In this document: positions 1 through 9,055 of the stretch, piece by piece | Layout: each line of letters starts with the position of its first letter | How positions within the stretch are numbered: position 1 is the first letter of the stretch | From: Candidatus Poribacteria bacterium | GTDB taxonomy: Bacteria; Poribacteria; WGA-4E; WGA-3G | DNA length: 64,000 nt | NCBI GenBank assembly: GCA_965208245.1 | Contig: OZ242325.1 | Coordinates: 1,493,878-1,557,877, forward strand | Direction: 5' to 3' | Translations under genes and position numbers: made by a program | The notes under the pieces: generated by a model | The model's database searches: none | Told to the model about the DNA's origin: nothing | Seen by the model: only the letters and a program-made list of their open reading frames with translations

Positions 1-32
1 ATCGCACCTAACGACTGAGAAAAATCTGAACC

Positions 33-680
33 ATGCAATTCCTCTGCACCAGATGCAACACCTTATACAAAGAATCACCCCTACGTTACCAATGTGACTG
101 CGGTGCTCCATTATCCATCCGAAAACACCCATCAACACGGTATCCAGTAGATTCCATCACCCGGTCAACCACTATGTCCCTGTGGCGATACCGATCAACC
201 TTTCCAATTAATGCAGATACACCCCCTATCACGCTCAATGAAGGCATAACACCCATCCTCTCCCGCTATACCCATCTGATGCATCACACTACGTCAAATT
301 AGATTATCTCTGTCCAACAGGTTCATACAAAGACCGTGGTGCATCTGTCCTCATCACGTATCTCAAATCACTTGATGTCACCGAAATCGTGGAAGACTCA
401 TCCGGCAATGCAGGTGCAGCCCTTGCAGCCTATGCTGCAAGAGCAGGCATCCGATGTACCATCTACTGTCCAGAAACCACATCAAAAAGCAAATTAAACC
501 AGATTTCCGCTTACGGAGCGGAATTAGAGCTGATACTAGGCAATCGTATGGCAATAACAGAGGCAGTAAAAAAAGTAGCCCAAAACACCTGTTAAAAATT
601 TCAACAGGAAGACATCATCAACAGTGGAGGAACAACCGTATCTATCCTTACCGGTAGTGGACTGAAGGCAACCACATCGT
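33..680 (+). pseudogene. thrC: Threonine synthase (ThrC-like PLP enzyme) pseudogene with a frameshift near 256-262, an in-frame TAA at 593-595 and a large internal deletion
   Basis: Frame 0 reads NEGITPIL. Frame 2 reads LDYLCPTGSYKDRG...SGNAGAALAAYAARAGI and then, after the stop, ILTGSGLKATTS. These are ThrC motifs in the right order, but total length is far too short. Confidence 0.55.
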
Positions 681-889
681 AATAATTGAAACGGGTGTTC
701 AAAATCATCGTTTTTTCAGGACATTGTGCATGTCAATTAAAAAAAATCAAGAATATTTATAAGAAAATTGTTGTTAAAAGTGCTTGTTATTTTATCAATT
801 CTCAGTTATAATTAGCAAATAGCAAAAACAGTCTCCACGGTTCAAGTATTAAAATACTTTCATGTATTTGACTAAAAGGAGAAACACCG

Positions 890-1909
890 ATGACAACCTA
901 TACAGATAAGCAGAAAATATCTTCTGTTCCAACAGACACACCGATATATTACCCTGATACGGATGGTAAACCCATGGCTGCAAGCGACCTGCACAGAGAT
1001 ATACTCAATTGCACACTAGAAACACTTAAGGCACATTACACACAACAACCGGATGTTTATGTTTCTGGTGATATACTGATGTATTATGTGGAGGGCAACC
1101 CGCACCAAGTCGTTGCCCCGGATGTGTTAGTCTCTTTCGGATTAGATAAAAAAAGGCGGAATACGTATCTTGTTTGGGTGGAAGGTAAACTGCCTGATTT
1201 TGTGATGGAGTTCAGTAGCAAAACCACTTATGCTGAAGATTTAGGGAAAAAAATGGACCTCTATACCTCTTTAGGTATCCAAGATTACTTTTTATATGAT
1301 GCGGAAGGTTTATTTTTGGCATCTCAACTGATGGGTTACACATTAGTTGATGGTGTTTATGTTCCTGTATCTGAGCATGCAGATGGTGGTTTACATTCTG
1401 ATGTTCTCAGTTTAGATTTCCATGTGGATGATGAAGGTTTAGGTTTCTATGATCCTGTTGCGGGTGCATGGCTGCAGACCCCAACCGAAGCAGCCGAAGC
1501 CCGTGCTGAACAGGAAGCATCCCGTGCTGAGAACGCTGAAACACTTGCAAAACAGGAAGCAGCCCGTGCTGCAAACGCTGAAACACTTGCTGAACAAGAA
1601 GCAGCCCGTGCTGAGAACGCTGAAACACTTGCTGAACAAGAAGCAGCCCGTGTTGAACAAGAGGCAGCCCGTGCTGAACAAGAGGCAGCCCGTGCTGAAC
1701 AGGAAGCAGCCCGTGCTGAACAGGAAGCATCCCGTGCTGAGAACGCTGAAACACTTGCAAAACAGGAAGCAGCCCGTGCTGCAAACGCTGAAACACTTGC
1801 TGAACAGGAAGCAGCCCGTGCTGAACAGGAAGCAGCCCGTGCTGAGAACGCTGAAACTGAAGTCGCGCGACTCCGAGAACAATTGCAACGTTTACAAACA
1901 CATAGCTAA
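890..1909 (+). CDS. Uma2-family (DUF820, PD-(D/E)XK-like) putative endonuclease with a C-terminal AEQEAARA/ENAETLAKQEAARA repeat tail (copy 1)
   Basis: N-terminal 200 aa match the Uma2 family pattern (YYPDTDGKPMAASDLHRD...DVYVSGD...PDVLVSFG...PDFVMEFSS). The tail is 8- and 14-aa tandem repeats. A strong SD (aaaggagaa) sits 7 nt before the ATG. Confidence 0.8.
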   Translation: MTTYTDKQKISSVPTDTPIYYPDTDGKPMAASDLHRDILNCTLETLKAHYTQQPDVYVSGDILMYYVEGNPHQVVAPDVLVSFGLDKKRRNTYLVWVEGKLPDFVMEFSSKTTYAEDLGKKMDLYTSLGIQDYFLYDAEGLFLASQLMGYTLVDGVYVPVSEHADGGLHSDVLSLDFHVDDEGLGFYDPVAGAWLQTPTEAAEARAEQEASRAENAETLAKQEAARAANAETLAEQEAARAENAETLAEQEAARVEQEAARAEQEAARAEQEAARAEQEASRAENAETLAKQEAARAANAETLAEQEAARAEQEAARAENAETEVARLREQLQRLQTHS

Positions 1910-1995
1910 CCCAAAACCATAAGGATGTGTAAAGTTTTTGTAACTAATACCTTGTCAAGTCTTCTTCGTAGGTCGGGTAGAGCGAAGTGCCCTTA

Positions 1996-2050
1996 AAGTA
2001 TTAACTAACGACAGGATAAACACAATCCATACGTGTCGTCAGTTAATATT
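1996..2050 (+). terminator. Long imperfect hairpin followed by a T-rich tract after Uma2 copy 1
   Basis: aagtattaactaacgaca ... tgtcgtcagttaatatt then ttttatc. The paralogous hairpin at 3331-3385 shows one compensatory change and two G-U-compatible changes. Confidence 0.4.
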
Positions 2051-2245
2051 TTATCAACAAACATCCTCATAAAACCTTATCACATTCATCTTGATTGTGC
2101 TACAGACTGATAAAATCATATTTTTAGCATAGGACTTTAAAGTGCTTGTTATTTTTATCGATTCTCAGTTATAATTAGCAAAAGCAGTCTCCACGGTTCA
2201 AGTATTAAAATACTTTCATGTATTTGACTAAAAGGAGAAACACCG

Positions 2246-3244
2246 ATGACAACCTATACAGATAAGCAGAAAATATCTTCTGTTCCAACAGACACACCGA
2301 TATATTACCCTGATACGGATGGTAAACCCATGGCTGCAAGCGATCTGCACAGAGATATACTCAATTGCACAATAGAAACACTTAAGGCACATTACACACA
2401 ACGACCGGATGTTTATGTTTCTGGTGATATACTGATGTATTATGTGGAGGGCAACCCGCACCAAGTCGTTGCCCCGGATGTGTTAGTCTCTTTCGGATTA
2501 GATAAAAAAAGGCGGAATACGTATCTTGTTTGGGTGGAAGGTAAACTGCCTGATTTTGTGATGGAGTTCAGTAGCAAAACCACTTATGCTGAAGATTTAG
2601 GGAAAAAAATGGACCTCTATACCTCTTTAGGTATCCAAGATTACTTTTTATATGATGCGGAAGGGCTATTCTTGCCATCTCAACTGATGGGTTACACATT
2701 AGTTGGTGGTGTTTATGTTCCGGTATCTGAGCATGCAGATGGGGGTCTACATTCTGATGTTCTCAGTTTAGATTTCCATGTGGATGATGAAGGTTTAGGT
2801 CTCTATGATCCTGTTGCGGGTGCATGGCTGCAGACCCCAACCGAAGCAGCCGAAGCCCGTGCTGAACAGGAAGCATCCCGTGCTGAGAACGCTGAAACAC
2901 TTGCAAAACAGGAAGCAACACGCGCTGAACAAGAAGCAACACGTGCTGAACAGGAGGCATCCCGTGCTGAGAACGCTGAAACACTTGCAAAACAGGAAGC
3001 AGCCCGTGCTGAACAAGAGGCATCCCGTGCTGAACAGGAAGCATCCCGTGCTGAACAGGAGGCATCCCGTGCTGAGAACGCTGAAACACTTGCAAAACAG
3101 GAGGCATCCCGTGCTGAGAACGCTGAAACACTTGCAAAACAGGAAGCAGCCCGTGCTGAACAGGAAGCAGCCCGTGCTGAGAACGCTGAAACCGAAGTCG
3201 CACGACTCCGAGAACAATTGCAACGTTTACAAATACACAACTAA
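2246..3244 (+). CDS. Uma2-family endonuclease with repeat tail (copy 2 of the tandem unit, different repeat count)
   Basis: Near-identical to 890..1909 including promoter/RBS. It is 332 aa versus 339 aa because the number of tail repeats differs. Confidence 0.8.
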   Translation: MTTYTDKQKISSVPTDTPIYYPDTDGKPMAASDLHRDILNCTIETLKAHYTQRPDVYVSGDILMYYVEGNPHQVVAPDVLVSFGLDKKRRNTYLVWVEGKLPDFVMEFSSKTTYAEDLGKKMDLYTSLGIQDYFLYDAEGLFLPSQLMGYTLVGGVYVPVSEHADGGLHSDVLSLDFHVDDEGLGLYDPVAGAWLQTPTEAAEARAEQEASRAENAETLAKQEATRAEQEATRAEQEASRAENAETLAKQEAARAEQEASRAEQEASRAEQEASRAENAETLAKQEASRAENAETLAKQEAARAEQEAARAENAETEVARLREQLQRLQIHN

Positions 3245-3330
3245 CCCAAAACCATAAGGGTGTGTAAAGTTTTTGTAACTAATACCTTGTCAAATCTTCT
3301 TCGTAGGTCGGGTAGAGCGAAGTGCCCTTA

Positions 3331-3385
3331 AAGTATTAACTGGCGGCAGGATAAACACAATCCATACGTGTCGCCAGTTAATATT
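3331..3385 (+). terminator. Paralogous hairpin plus T-tract after Uma2 copy 2
   Basis: aagtattaactggcggca ... tgtcgccagttaatatt then ttttatc. Confidence 0.4.
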
Positions 3386-3581
3386 TTATCAACAAATATC
3401 CTCATAAAACCTTATCACATTCATCTTGATTGTGCTACAGACTGATAAAATCATATTCTTAGCATAGGACTTTAAAGTGCTTGTTATTTTTATCAATTCT
3501 CAGTTATAATTAGCAAAAGCAGTCTCCACGGTTCAAGTATTAGAATACTTTCATGTATTTGACTAAAAGGAGAAACACCGA

Positions 3582-3630
3582 TGACAACCTATACAGATAA
3601 GCAGAAAATATCTTCTGTTCCAACAAATCA
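3582..3630 (+). pseudogene. Third Uma2 copy truncated after 15 codons (rearrangement breakpoint at 3627/3628)
   Basis: The upstream 110 bp and first 15 codons are identical to copies 1 and 2. Homology then stops abruptly and the ORF ends. Confidence 0.7.
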
Positions 3631-4141
3631 TACGGGAGCACTATCTCCGAGATTCCACAGTGACAGTCGTTCTTATCGGTGACCATACATGGTAACGGAA
3701 ATTTGTCGACTGGGAGATTGGATCCAGTATACGACAGACAAAAGCTAGTTCTCGTTCCGGGCTATTGAGGATTCTGTTACCGACGTACCCCAAACCTTTT
3801 GGGCTTCTTGGAACACTTAATAATGCTCTTGCTACACCCTATAACGATATCAAATCAATCTATTGCAACGGAAGATTCGTCTATTAGGACTATAAGACAA
3901 TACCCCTAAGACTTCACGATAATATTGAATGTGGATATGCTAAAATCTACAATTGGAGTGAAAATCCACGTACTGTGCAGTCTTGGATACATGATGCTTT
4001 CCAACGAAGACGAAGCACTGAGATACTACCTCACAATTCTCGTGATTCGTTCAAAAATAACCGTTCAAGCGAAAAGTGGCCTGAATGAAATTGAAAAATT
4101 GGTTAAAACAATGAGGATTGGATAGTCTGAAAATTAACACA

Positions 4142-4457
4142 GGCATTGTTGGTGCCGAATGGTCTCCCAAAGCAGGCGACAGAGAAGCTGCTTGGAAACT
4201 GTACATTGAGTTACTTACAAGAATTACCACATAGGCATTGCCCACCGAATCTGGTGATGAGAAAACAGCGTTAGATAGTATTCATTCGCTGTTTGAAACT
4301 ACTAGGAAAGTCCTTAAAGAACAAGGAAAAGGCTGTATTGAATTTACGAAAATTGCAGTCGTAGTTCTTAACTAAGTGGTTCGTCCATTTACTGCCAAGT
4401 GGCATCCAAAAAGTATCGCCGATGATTTTGAGAAAGAGTCTGTTTGAAACCAACACC
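4142..4457 (+). pseudogene. Protein-like reading frame with two in-frame stops (unknown family remnant)
   Basis: Translation GIVGAEWSPKAGDREAAWKLYIELLTRITT*ALPTESGDEKTALDSIHSLFETTRKVLKEQGKGCIEFTKIAVVVLN*VVRPFTAKWHPKS is protein-like but interrupted by TAG and TAA. Confidence 0.3.
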
Positions 4458-4518
4458 TCTGAATTGAGGTATAATATATTCGAGAAATACAAATTCACAT
4501 AATTAGGAGTGATCTGTT

Positions 4519-4984
4519 ATGAATGAGTTGCAATTTCCAGGAGCACGGTGGTGGAAATTTGATTTTCATACACACACGCCCCACTCAGATGATGTCAATG
4601 GTGAAAGAATGACACATGAATCATGGTTGAGAGCATTTATGGATGAAGGATGAAGGAATTGATTGTGTTGCAATCACTGACCATAACGGCGGCACTTGGA
4701 TAGATGGTTTAAAACGTGTTTTGAATGTACTGAAAAATAACCCCCCAGATTGGTACAAACCCTTATACCTTTTTCCATGTGTTGAAATTGGAACAAGCGA
4801 CGGCGTACATATATTAGACATTTTTGGAGAAGAAAAGGACGAAAGTCATATTGATCGGCTGCTCGGGACAGTGGACTATCAGGACATAAAGGGGAAAAGC
4901 AGTGGACTAGCGAACAAAAGCACGACTGATATTATAAACATAATTACAAAACTTGATGGCATTTCTAAACTTTCTACCTCATAA
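4519..4984 (+). pseudogene. PHP-domain (polymerase/histidinol-phosphatase-like) protein gene disrupted by a 7-bp tandem duplication (ggatgaa x2 at 4641-4654), and C-terminally short
   Basis: WWKFDFHTHTPHSDD (PHP motif I) is in one frame and IDCVAITDHNGGTW in the next. Removing one ggatgaa copy restores a continuous ...AFMDEGIDCVAITDHN... frame. Confidence 0.6.
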
Positions 4985-5196
4985 TATATACTATTCTGAT
5001 TTGGATGTCAACATTTTGAATACGTTTGGGTGTGTTAATCCCCGATTCAGACAAAATGCATGACAATAACTTTTCACACTCATCCCATCTTCCATTCATC
5101 CAATCTACCTATCTTATCCTGAAAATCATATAATCCTGAAAATCCTAGTTCAGACAATAAACTATATCTTTACACACCCGACTCTGTCATATATTC

Positions 5197-5225
5197 TTGA
5201 CACTAATCTTGCACTATGGTATACT
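5197..5225 (+). promoter_or_regulatory. Sigma70-like promoter (TTGACA-17-TATACT) upstream of the membrane-protein/purF/purM operon
   Basis: ttgaca ctaatcttgcactatgg tatact, about 45 nt before the ATG at 5272. Confidence 0.5.
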
Positions 5226-5271
5226 TTTAAATGTCAATTAACTGGCAATCTAATCATGTCTTGGAGTTGAA

Positions 5272-5835
5272 ATGCTACCAAAAACCCGTATACTATTAAT
5301 TCCTTTCCAAATTGCTATAGGTGTCGTTGTTGTTCTGTCTGGACTTCTTGTATACTTGTTTGTTGTCAAGAAGTTTATTTGGGAAATACTTATCGCAGAA
5401 AGAATAACACACGATTTTTGGATAGCACTGTTGTTGATATTCTCAATCGGAATTACTTACGGATTTATGGTTGTTGGAGCAACTGTAGGTATAAGATACA
5501 TCGGACGAAAATTCAATCTTGAAGTTCCGTTCAAGCCAGTTTGTTCAGGTGCTTTCTTAGGCGCACCCGCTGTCGTCGGATTAGTAGCACTATTGAATGT
5601 ACCCTGGGAAATCTTTGGCAATCAGAATATAATTGTCAATCTGATTGTCCCTATCCTTGCTCTAATATCTTACATTCTATCATTACCGATTCGCGGTTGG
5701 TTCCTGATCGGGGCACCTATTGAAATATTGTATCTCCTAGCAATTCCCATCGGTGCGATCATTGGTTACAGAATATCAAAAAAAGAAGTAACAGCGAAAA
5801 AACATCTTGAGGACGGACCAACGCATGCAGTTTGA
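5272..5835 (+). CDS. Hypothetical polytopic membrane protein
   Basis: 187 aa with about 5 hydrophobic segments. It overlaps the purF start. Confidence 0.5.
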   Translation: MLPKTRILLIPFQIAIGVVVVLSGLLVYLFVVKKFIWEILIAERITHDFWIALLLIFSIGITYGFMVVGATVGIRYIGRKFNLEVPFKPVCSGAFLGAPAVVGLVALLNVPWEIFGNQNIIVNLIVPILALISYILSLPIRGWFLIGAPIEILYLLAIPIGAIIGYRISKKEVTAKKHLEDGPTHAV

Positions 5836-7231
5836 TAAACCCAAAGATGAATGCGGCGTTTTCGGTGTATTTGGACACCCAAAAGCTGTCGAATTAACTT
5901 ATCTGGGTTTACGCGCACTACAACATAGAGGTCAAGAAAGTAGTGGTATCGTTGTCTCTGATGGTGAAAAACTATCTTCTCATCACGGCATGGGGCTTGT
6001 AGATGTAGTATTCAATTCTGAAGTCTTAGGTAAATTATCCGGAAACATCGCTATCGGGCATAACCGATACTCAACAGCAGGAGCAAGCACGCTTGAGAAT
6101 GCACAACCTTTGATACGTAACTATAAACGAGGTGAACTTGCACTCGGACATAATGGCAACTTGGTCAACGCACCAGAAATTCGAACACACCTTGAAAATC
6201 GTGGTTCAATCTTCAGTACCAGTGTAGATACTGAAGTTGTTTTTCATCTTATCGCTAGGTCTAAACAGCATAGTTTGGAAGATAGAATCTTCGACGCATT
6301 TCGTGCGGTTGAAGGAGCATTCTCTATCGTTGTCATGGACAAGACAACGCTTATGGGGGCACGCGACCCACACGGATTTCGTCCATTGTGGATCGGTAAA
6401 CTCGGGGATGCTTATATACTTGCTTCTGAAACTTGTGCACTCGATGTTATTGAGGCAACCCCAATACGAGAAGTAGAACCAGGTGAATTGGTCATTTTTC
6501 GATCAAAATTCCTTGGTTTAGAATCTTTCCATTTCTCATCGCCAAATGACAAATTATCGCAATGTATTTTTGAATTCATCTATCTGGCACGACCAGATGG
6601 CATAATGTTCGGACAAGGTGTGAATAGCACTCGACGAGAATTTGGAAAGCAACTTGCACGAGAACACCCTGTCAAGGCAGATGTCGTCATACCAGTACCC
6701 GATTCTGCAACAATTGCCGCACTCGGATACGCAGAGGAATCTGGCATACCTTTCGATCTCGGTTTATCAAGAAATACCTATGTCGGACGATCGTTCATGA
6801 ACCCAACACAAGATATAAGAGAACTGATGGTCAAAGTCAAACAGAATCCCATTAGAGAAGTACTTGAAGGAAAAAGGGTTATCATGGTTGATGATTCTAT
6901 CATGCGAGGCACTAATAGCAGAAAACTTGTAAAAATTGTCCGACAAGGTGGCGCAACAGCAGTCCATGTTCGCATAGCATCTCCGCCAAACAAATACCCC
7001 TGCTTCTACGGTGTTGATACACCAACAAGATCTGAACTGATTGCAAGTAAACACTCTATCGAAGAAATCCGAAAATATATAAGGGCTGACAGTTTAGGAT
7101 ATATTAGTATAGATGGCATGCTACAAGCAGTAAAAGCACCAGGCAATTTTTGCACATCATGTTTTGATGGAAGTTATCCAATTACCTTAAGAGAACGTAT
7201 TCCACGCCAATTGCCATTAATAGTAAATTAG
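5807..7231 (+). CDS. purF: Amidophosphoribosyltransferase (glutamine PRPP amidotransferase)
   Basis: CGVFGVFGH N-terminal nucleophile motif after a short propeptide (alternative start at 5825). PRTase motif VIMVDDSIMRGTN. Confidence 0.95.
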   Translation: MRTDQRMQFDKPKDECGVFGVFGHPKAVELTYLGLRALQHRGQESSGIVVSDGEKLSSHHGMGLVDVVFNSEVLGKLSGNIAIGHNRYSTAGASTLENAQPLIRNYKRGELALGHNGNLVNAPEIRTHLENRGSIFSTSVDTEVVFHLIARSKQHSLEDRIFDAFRAVEGAFSIVVMDKTTLMGARDPHGFRPLWIGKLGDAYILASETCALDVIEATPIREVEPGELVIFRSKFLGLESFHFSSPNDKLSQCIFEFIYLARPDGIMFGQGVNSTRREFGKQLAREHPVKADVVIPVPDSATIAALGYAEESGIPFDLGLSRNTYVGRSFMNPTQDIRELMVKVKQNPIREVLEGKRVIMVDDSIMRGTNSRKLVKIVRQGGATAVHVRIASPPNKYPCFYGVDTPTRSELIASKHSIEEIRKYIRADSLGYISIDGMLQAVKAPGNFCTSCFDGSYPITLRERIPRQLPLIVN

Positions 7232-7285
7232 TTATAGTAAAGTCAATAATCAATGAGACATTTCCGCATTTACGAATAATATCTT

Positions 7286-7428
7286 GTGTAGGAGCGAGGT
7301 CTCCTCGCCCGTTATCCTGCGTAGGGCGAGGTCTCCTTGCCCGTTATCCTGCGTAGGGGCGAGGTCTCCTTGCCCGTTATCCTGCGTAGGGGCGAGGTCT
7401 CCTCGCCCGTTGTGGAATGTTTCATTAA
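7286..7428. repeat. Tandem array (about 4 units of 33 bp) of a REP-like GC hairpin, GGCGAGGTCTCCTCGCCC + GTTATCCTGCGTAGG, with a conserved flank
   Basis: Direct repeats read from the sequence. The flank ATTAATGAAACATTCCACAACGGGCGAGG recurs at 22741-22800 in reverse complement. Confidence 0.8.
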
Positions 7429-7524
7429 TTCTGAAGTCCACTATAAGTCATGGAAATTGGATACTAATACCATTTCTATTAGATTTTCCATCATTACCGA
7501 TATTTAGATATGAAACGGAGAACG

Positions 7525-7551
7525 GCACAATCTAACAGATTATGCTACAAT
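7525..7551. repeat. 27-bp palindromic element GCACAATCTAACAGATTRTGCTACAAT (copy A; copy B at 43082-43108)
   Basis: Near-identical sequence at two intergenic loci. Copy B is a perfect 11-bp-stem/3-nt-loop palindrome. Confidence 0.7.
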
Positions 7552-7583
7552 AAAGAAGTATTATCAATTAAGAATGGTATAAT

Positions 7584-8000
7584 ATGGTTTTTATTCAACC
7601 CCCGATTCCCCCGAACGATCAGAAAAATCGCAGAAAAACTGTCCGATCACATAAGTCAAACCGTCGATTATCACCAGAAGCAAGGAAAGAAAACCGCAAT
7701 ACTGTCAAGAAATCTCTTAGCACTGTCCAAGGAGCTTCTACACTAAAGATTGTATTATTTTATTCAGTACTTGGGTTAATCCTAAATTGGGTACTACCTA
7801 CACTGATTCTTGGTGTCCGGCCACAAATCCCTAAAGATCAGGCTGAGGTTTGGGGTACTACGATCGCTATGGTCATAACAGGCATCCTACTAGTTGTTAC
7901 CTTATTGAAGGATATAGCCCTGCGTAAGCATTCCCGAACAAAAGATAGCCAATCACATGTTAGAAATCCTACTACACATGATAGAAAGGAAAATGGATAA
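7584..8000 (+). CDS. Hypothetical small protein with a basic N-terminus and two TM helices
   Basis: ORF only, so weak. Confidence 0.3.
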   Translation: MVFIQPPIPPNDQKNRRKTVRSHKSNRRLSPEARKENRNTVKKSLSTVQGASTLKIVLFYSVLGLILNWVLPTLILGVRPQIPKDQAEVWGTTIAMVITGILLVVTLLKDIALRKHSRTKDSQSHVRNPTTHDRKENG

Positions 8001-8008
8001 GGAGTAAA

Positions 8009-9055
8009 ATGTCTGATAAAAAATCATTGACCTATGCCGATGTAGGTGTATCGTTTGATGCCGAAGCAGAGGCTATGCAAAGAATAAAAAGCCTTGTTAA
8101 AAAGACATATCGACCTGAAGTCTTGAGTGATTTAGGTACATTTGGCGGGTTGTTTGCACTGAATGAGTACCGGCAACCCGTTCTTGTCTCAAGCACTGAT
8201 AGTGTCGGCACAAAATTGATGGTTGCACTTAAAGCTAACAAACATGATACGGTAGGTTACGATATAGTTGCACATTGTGGAAATGACATCGTTGTTCAAG
8301 GGGCAGAACCACTCTTCTTCTTAGACTACATCGGCACTGGAAAAATGGATCCTATCATAATTGAACAGATTGTCTTAGGTCTTACCAATGGCTGCATTGA
8401 TATTGGTTGTGCGCTGATCAGTGGAGAAACGGCGGAACTTTCAGGATTATATGCTCCTGATGAATATGATCTCGTCGGCACTATTGTTGGTGTCGTAGAA
8501 AGAGATCAGGTGATCACCGGAGAAAAAATAACACATGGCGATAAGATAATCGGATTGATGTCAAACGGTCTACATACAAATGGATATACATTGGCACGCC
8601 ATATATTCTTCGACCTTTGTAAATATAAAATAGATACCTACCTTCCTGATATATCAACAACCGTTGGTGAAGAGTTACTCAAACCACACCAGAGTTATGT
8701 CCAACCGATCTTGCAGTTAATGGAAATATGTGAAGTAAAGGGAATCGCACACATTACCGGCGGAGGATTACCAGCCAACATATCACGAGTTCTCCCCGAA
8801 GGGGGCAAAGCAAGAATAGATAAGAACAGTTGGGAAAAACAACCTATCTTCTCATTACTACAACAAGAAGGAAATGTCCAAGAAAATGAGATGTATCGTG
8901 TGTTTAATATGGGAATCGGTATGGTAGTAGTTTTAGCACCAGAAAACGTTGATGTTGCAATAAATATATGCCAACAATACGATGCTGCTGCAATACAGAT
9001 CGGACAAATTGTCCCTGGCAAAAAAGGAGTTGAACTATGTCCACGACATTCTTGA
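8009..9055 (+). CDS. purM: Phosphoribosylformylglycinamidine cyclo-ligase (AIR synthetase)
   Basis: DSVGTKLMVA, GYDIVAHCGNDIVVQGAEPLFFLDYIGTG. Confidence 0.95.
   Translation: MSDKKSLTYADVGVSFDAEAEAMQRIKSLVKKTYRPEVLSDLGTFGGLFALNEYRQPVLVSSTDSVGTKLMVALKANKHDTVGYDIVAHCGNDIVVQGAEPLFFLDYIGTGKMDPIIIEQIVLGLTNGCIDIGCALISGETAELSGLYAPDEYDLVGTIVGVVERDQVITGEKITHGDKIIGLMSNGLHTNGYTLARHIFFDLCKYKIDTYLPDISTTVGEELLKPHQSYVQPILQLMEICEVKGIAHITGGGLPANISRVLPEGGKARIDKNSWEKQPIFSLLQQEGNVQENEMYRVFNMGIGMVVVLAPENVDVAINICQQYDAAAIQIGQIVPGKKGVELCPRHS

Noticed and set aside
1480-1880. Possible CRISPR or other noncoding array in the periodic 24/42-nt repeats
   Set aside because: The periodicity is in frame and encodes an AEQEAARA-type peptide repeat inside an ORF.
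1407-1922. Long ORFs on both strands inside the Uma2 repeat tails (1407..1901-, 1439..1888-, 1449..1922+, and the 2763..3257 set)
   Set aside because: Artefacts of low-complexity GC-rich tandem repeats, which are open in many frames. The sense-frame Uma2 reading is the one with family homology.
3925-4125. 66-aa ORF in the decayed region
   Set aside because: No homology and no RBS, and it sits among pseudogene debris, so probably spurious.
7286-7428. Possible CRISPR array
   Set aside because: Units abut directly with no unique spacers. The units are 33-bp tandem repeats of a REP-like hairpin, no cas genes are nearby, and the same unit occurs singly elsewhere.
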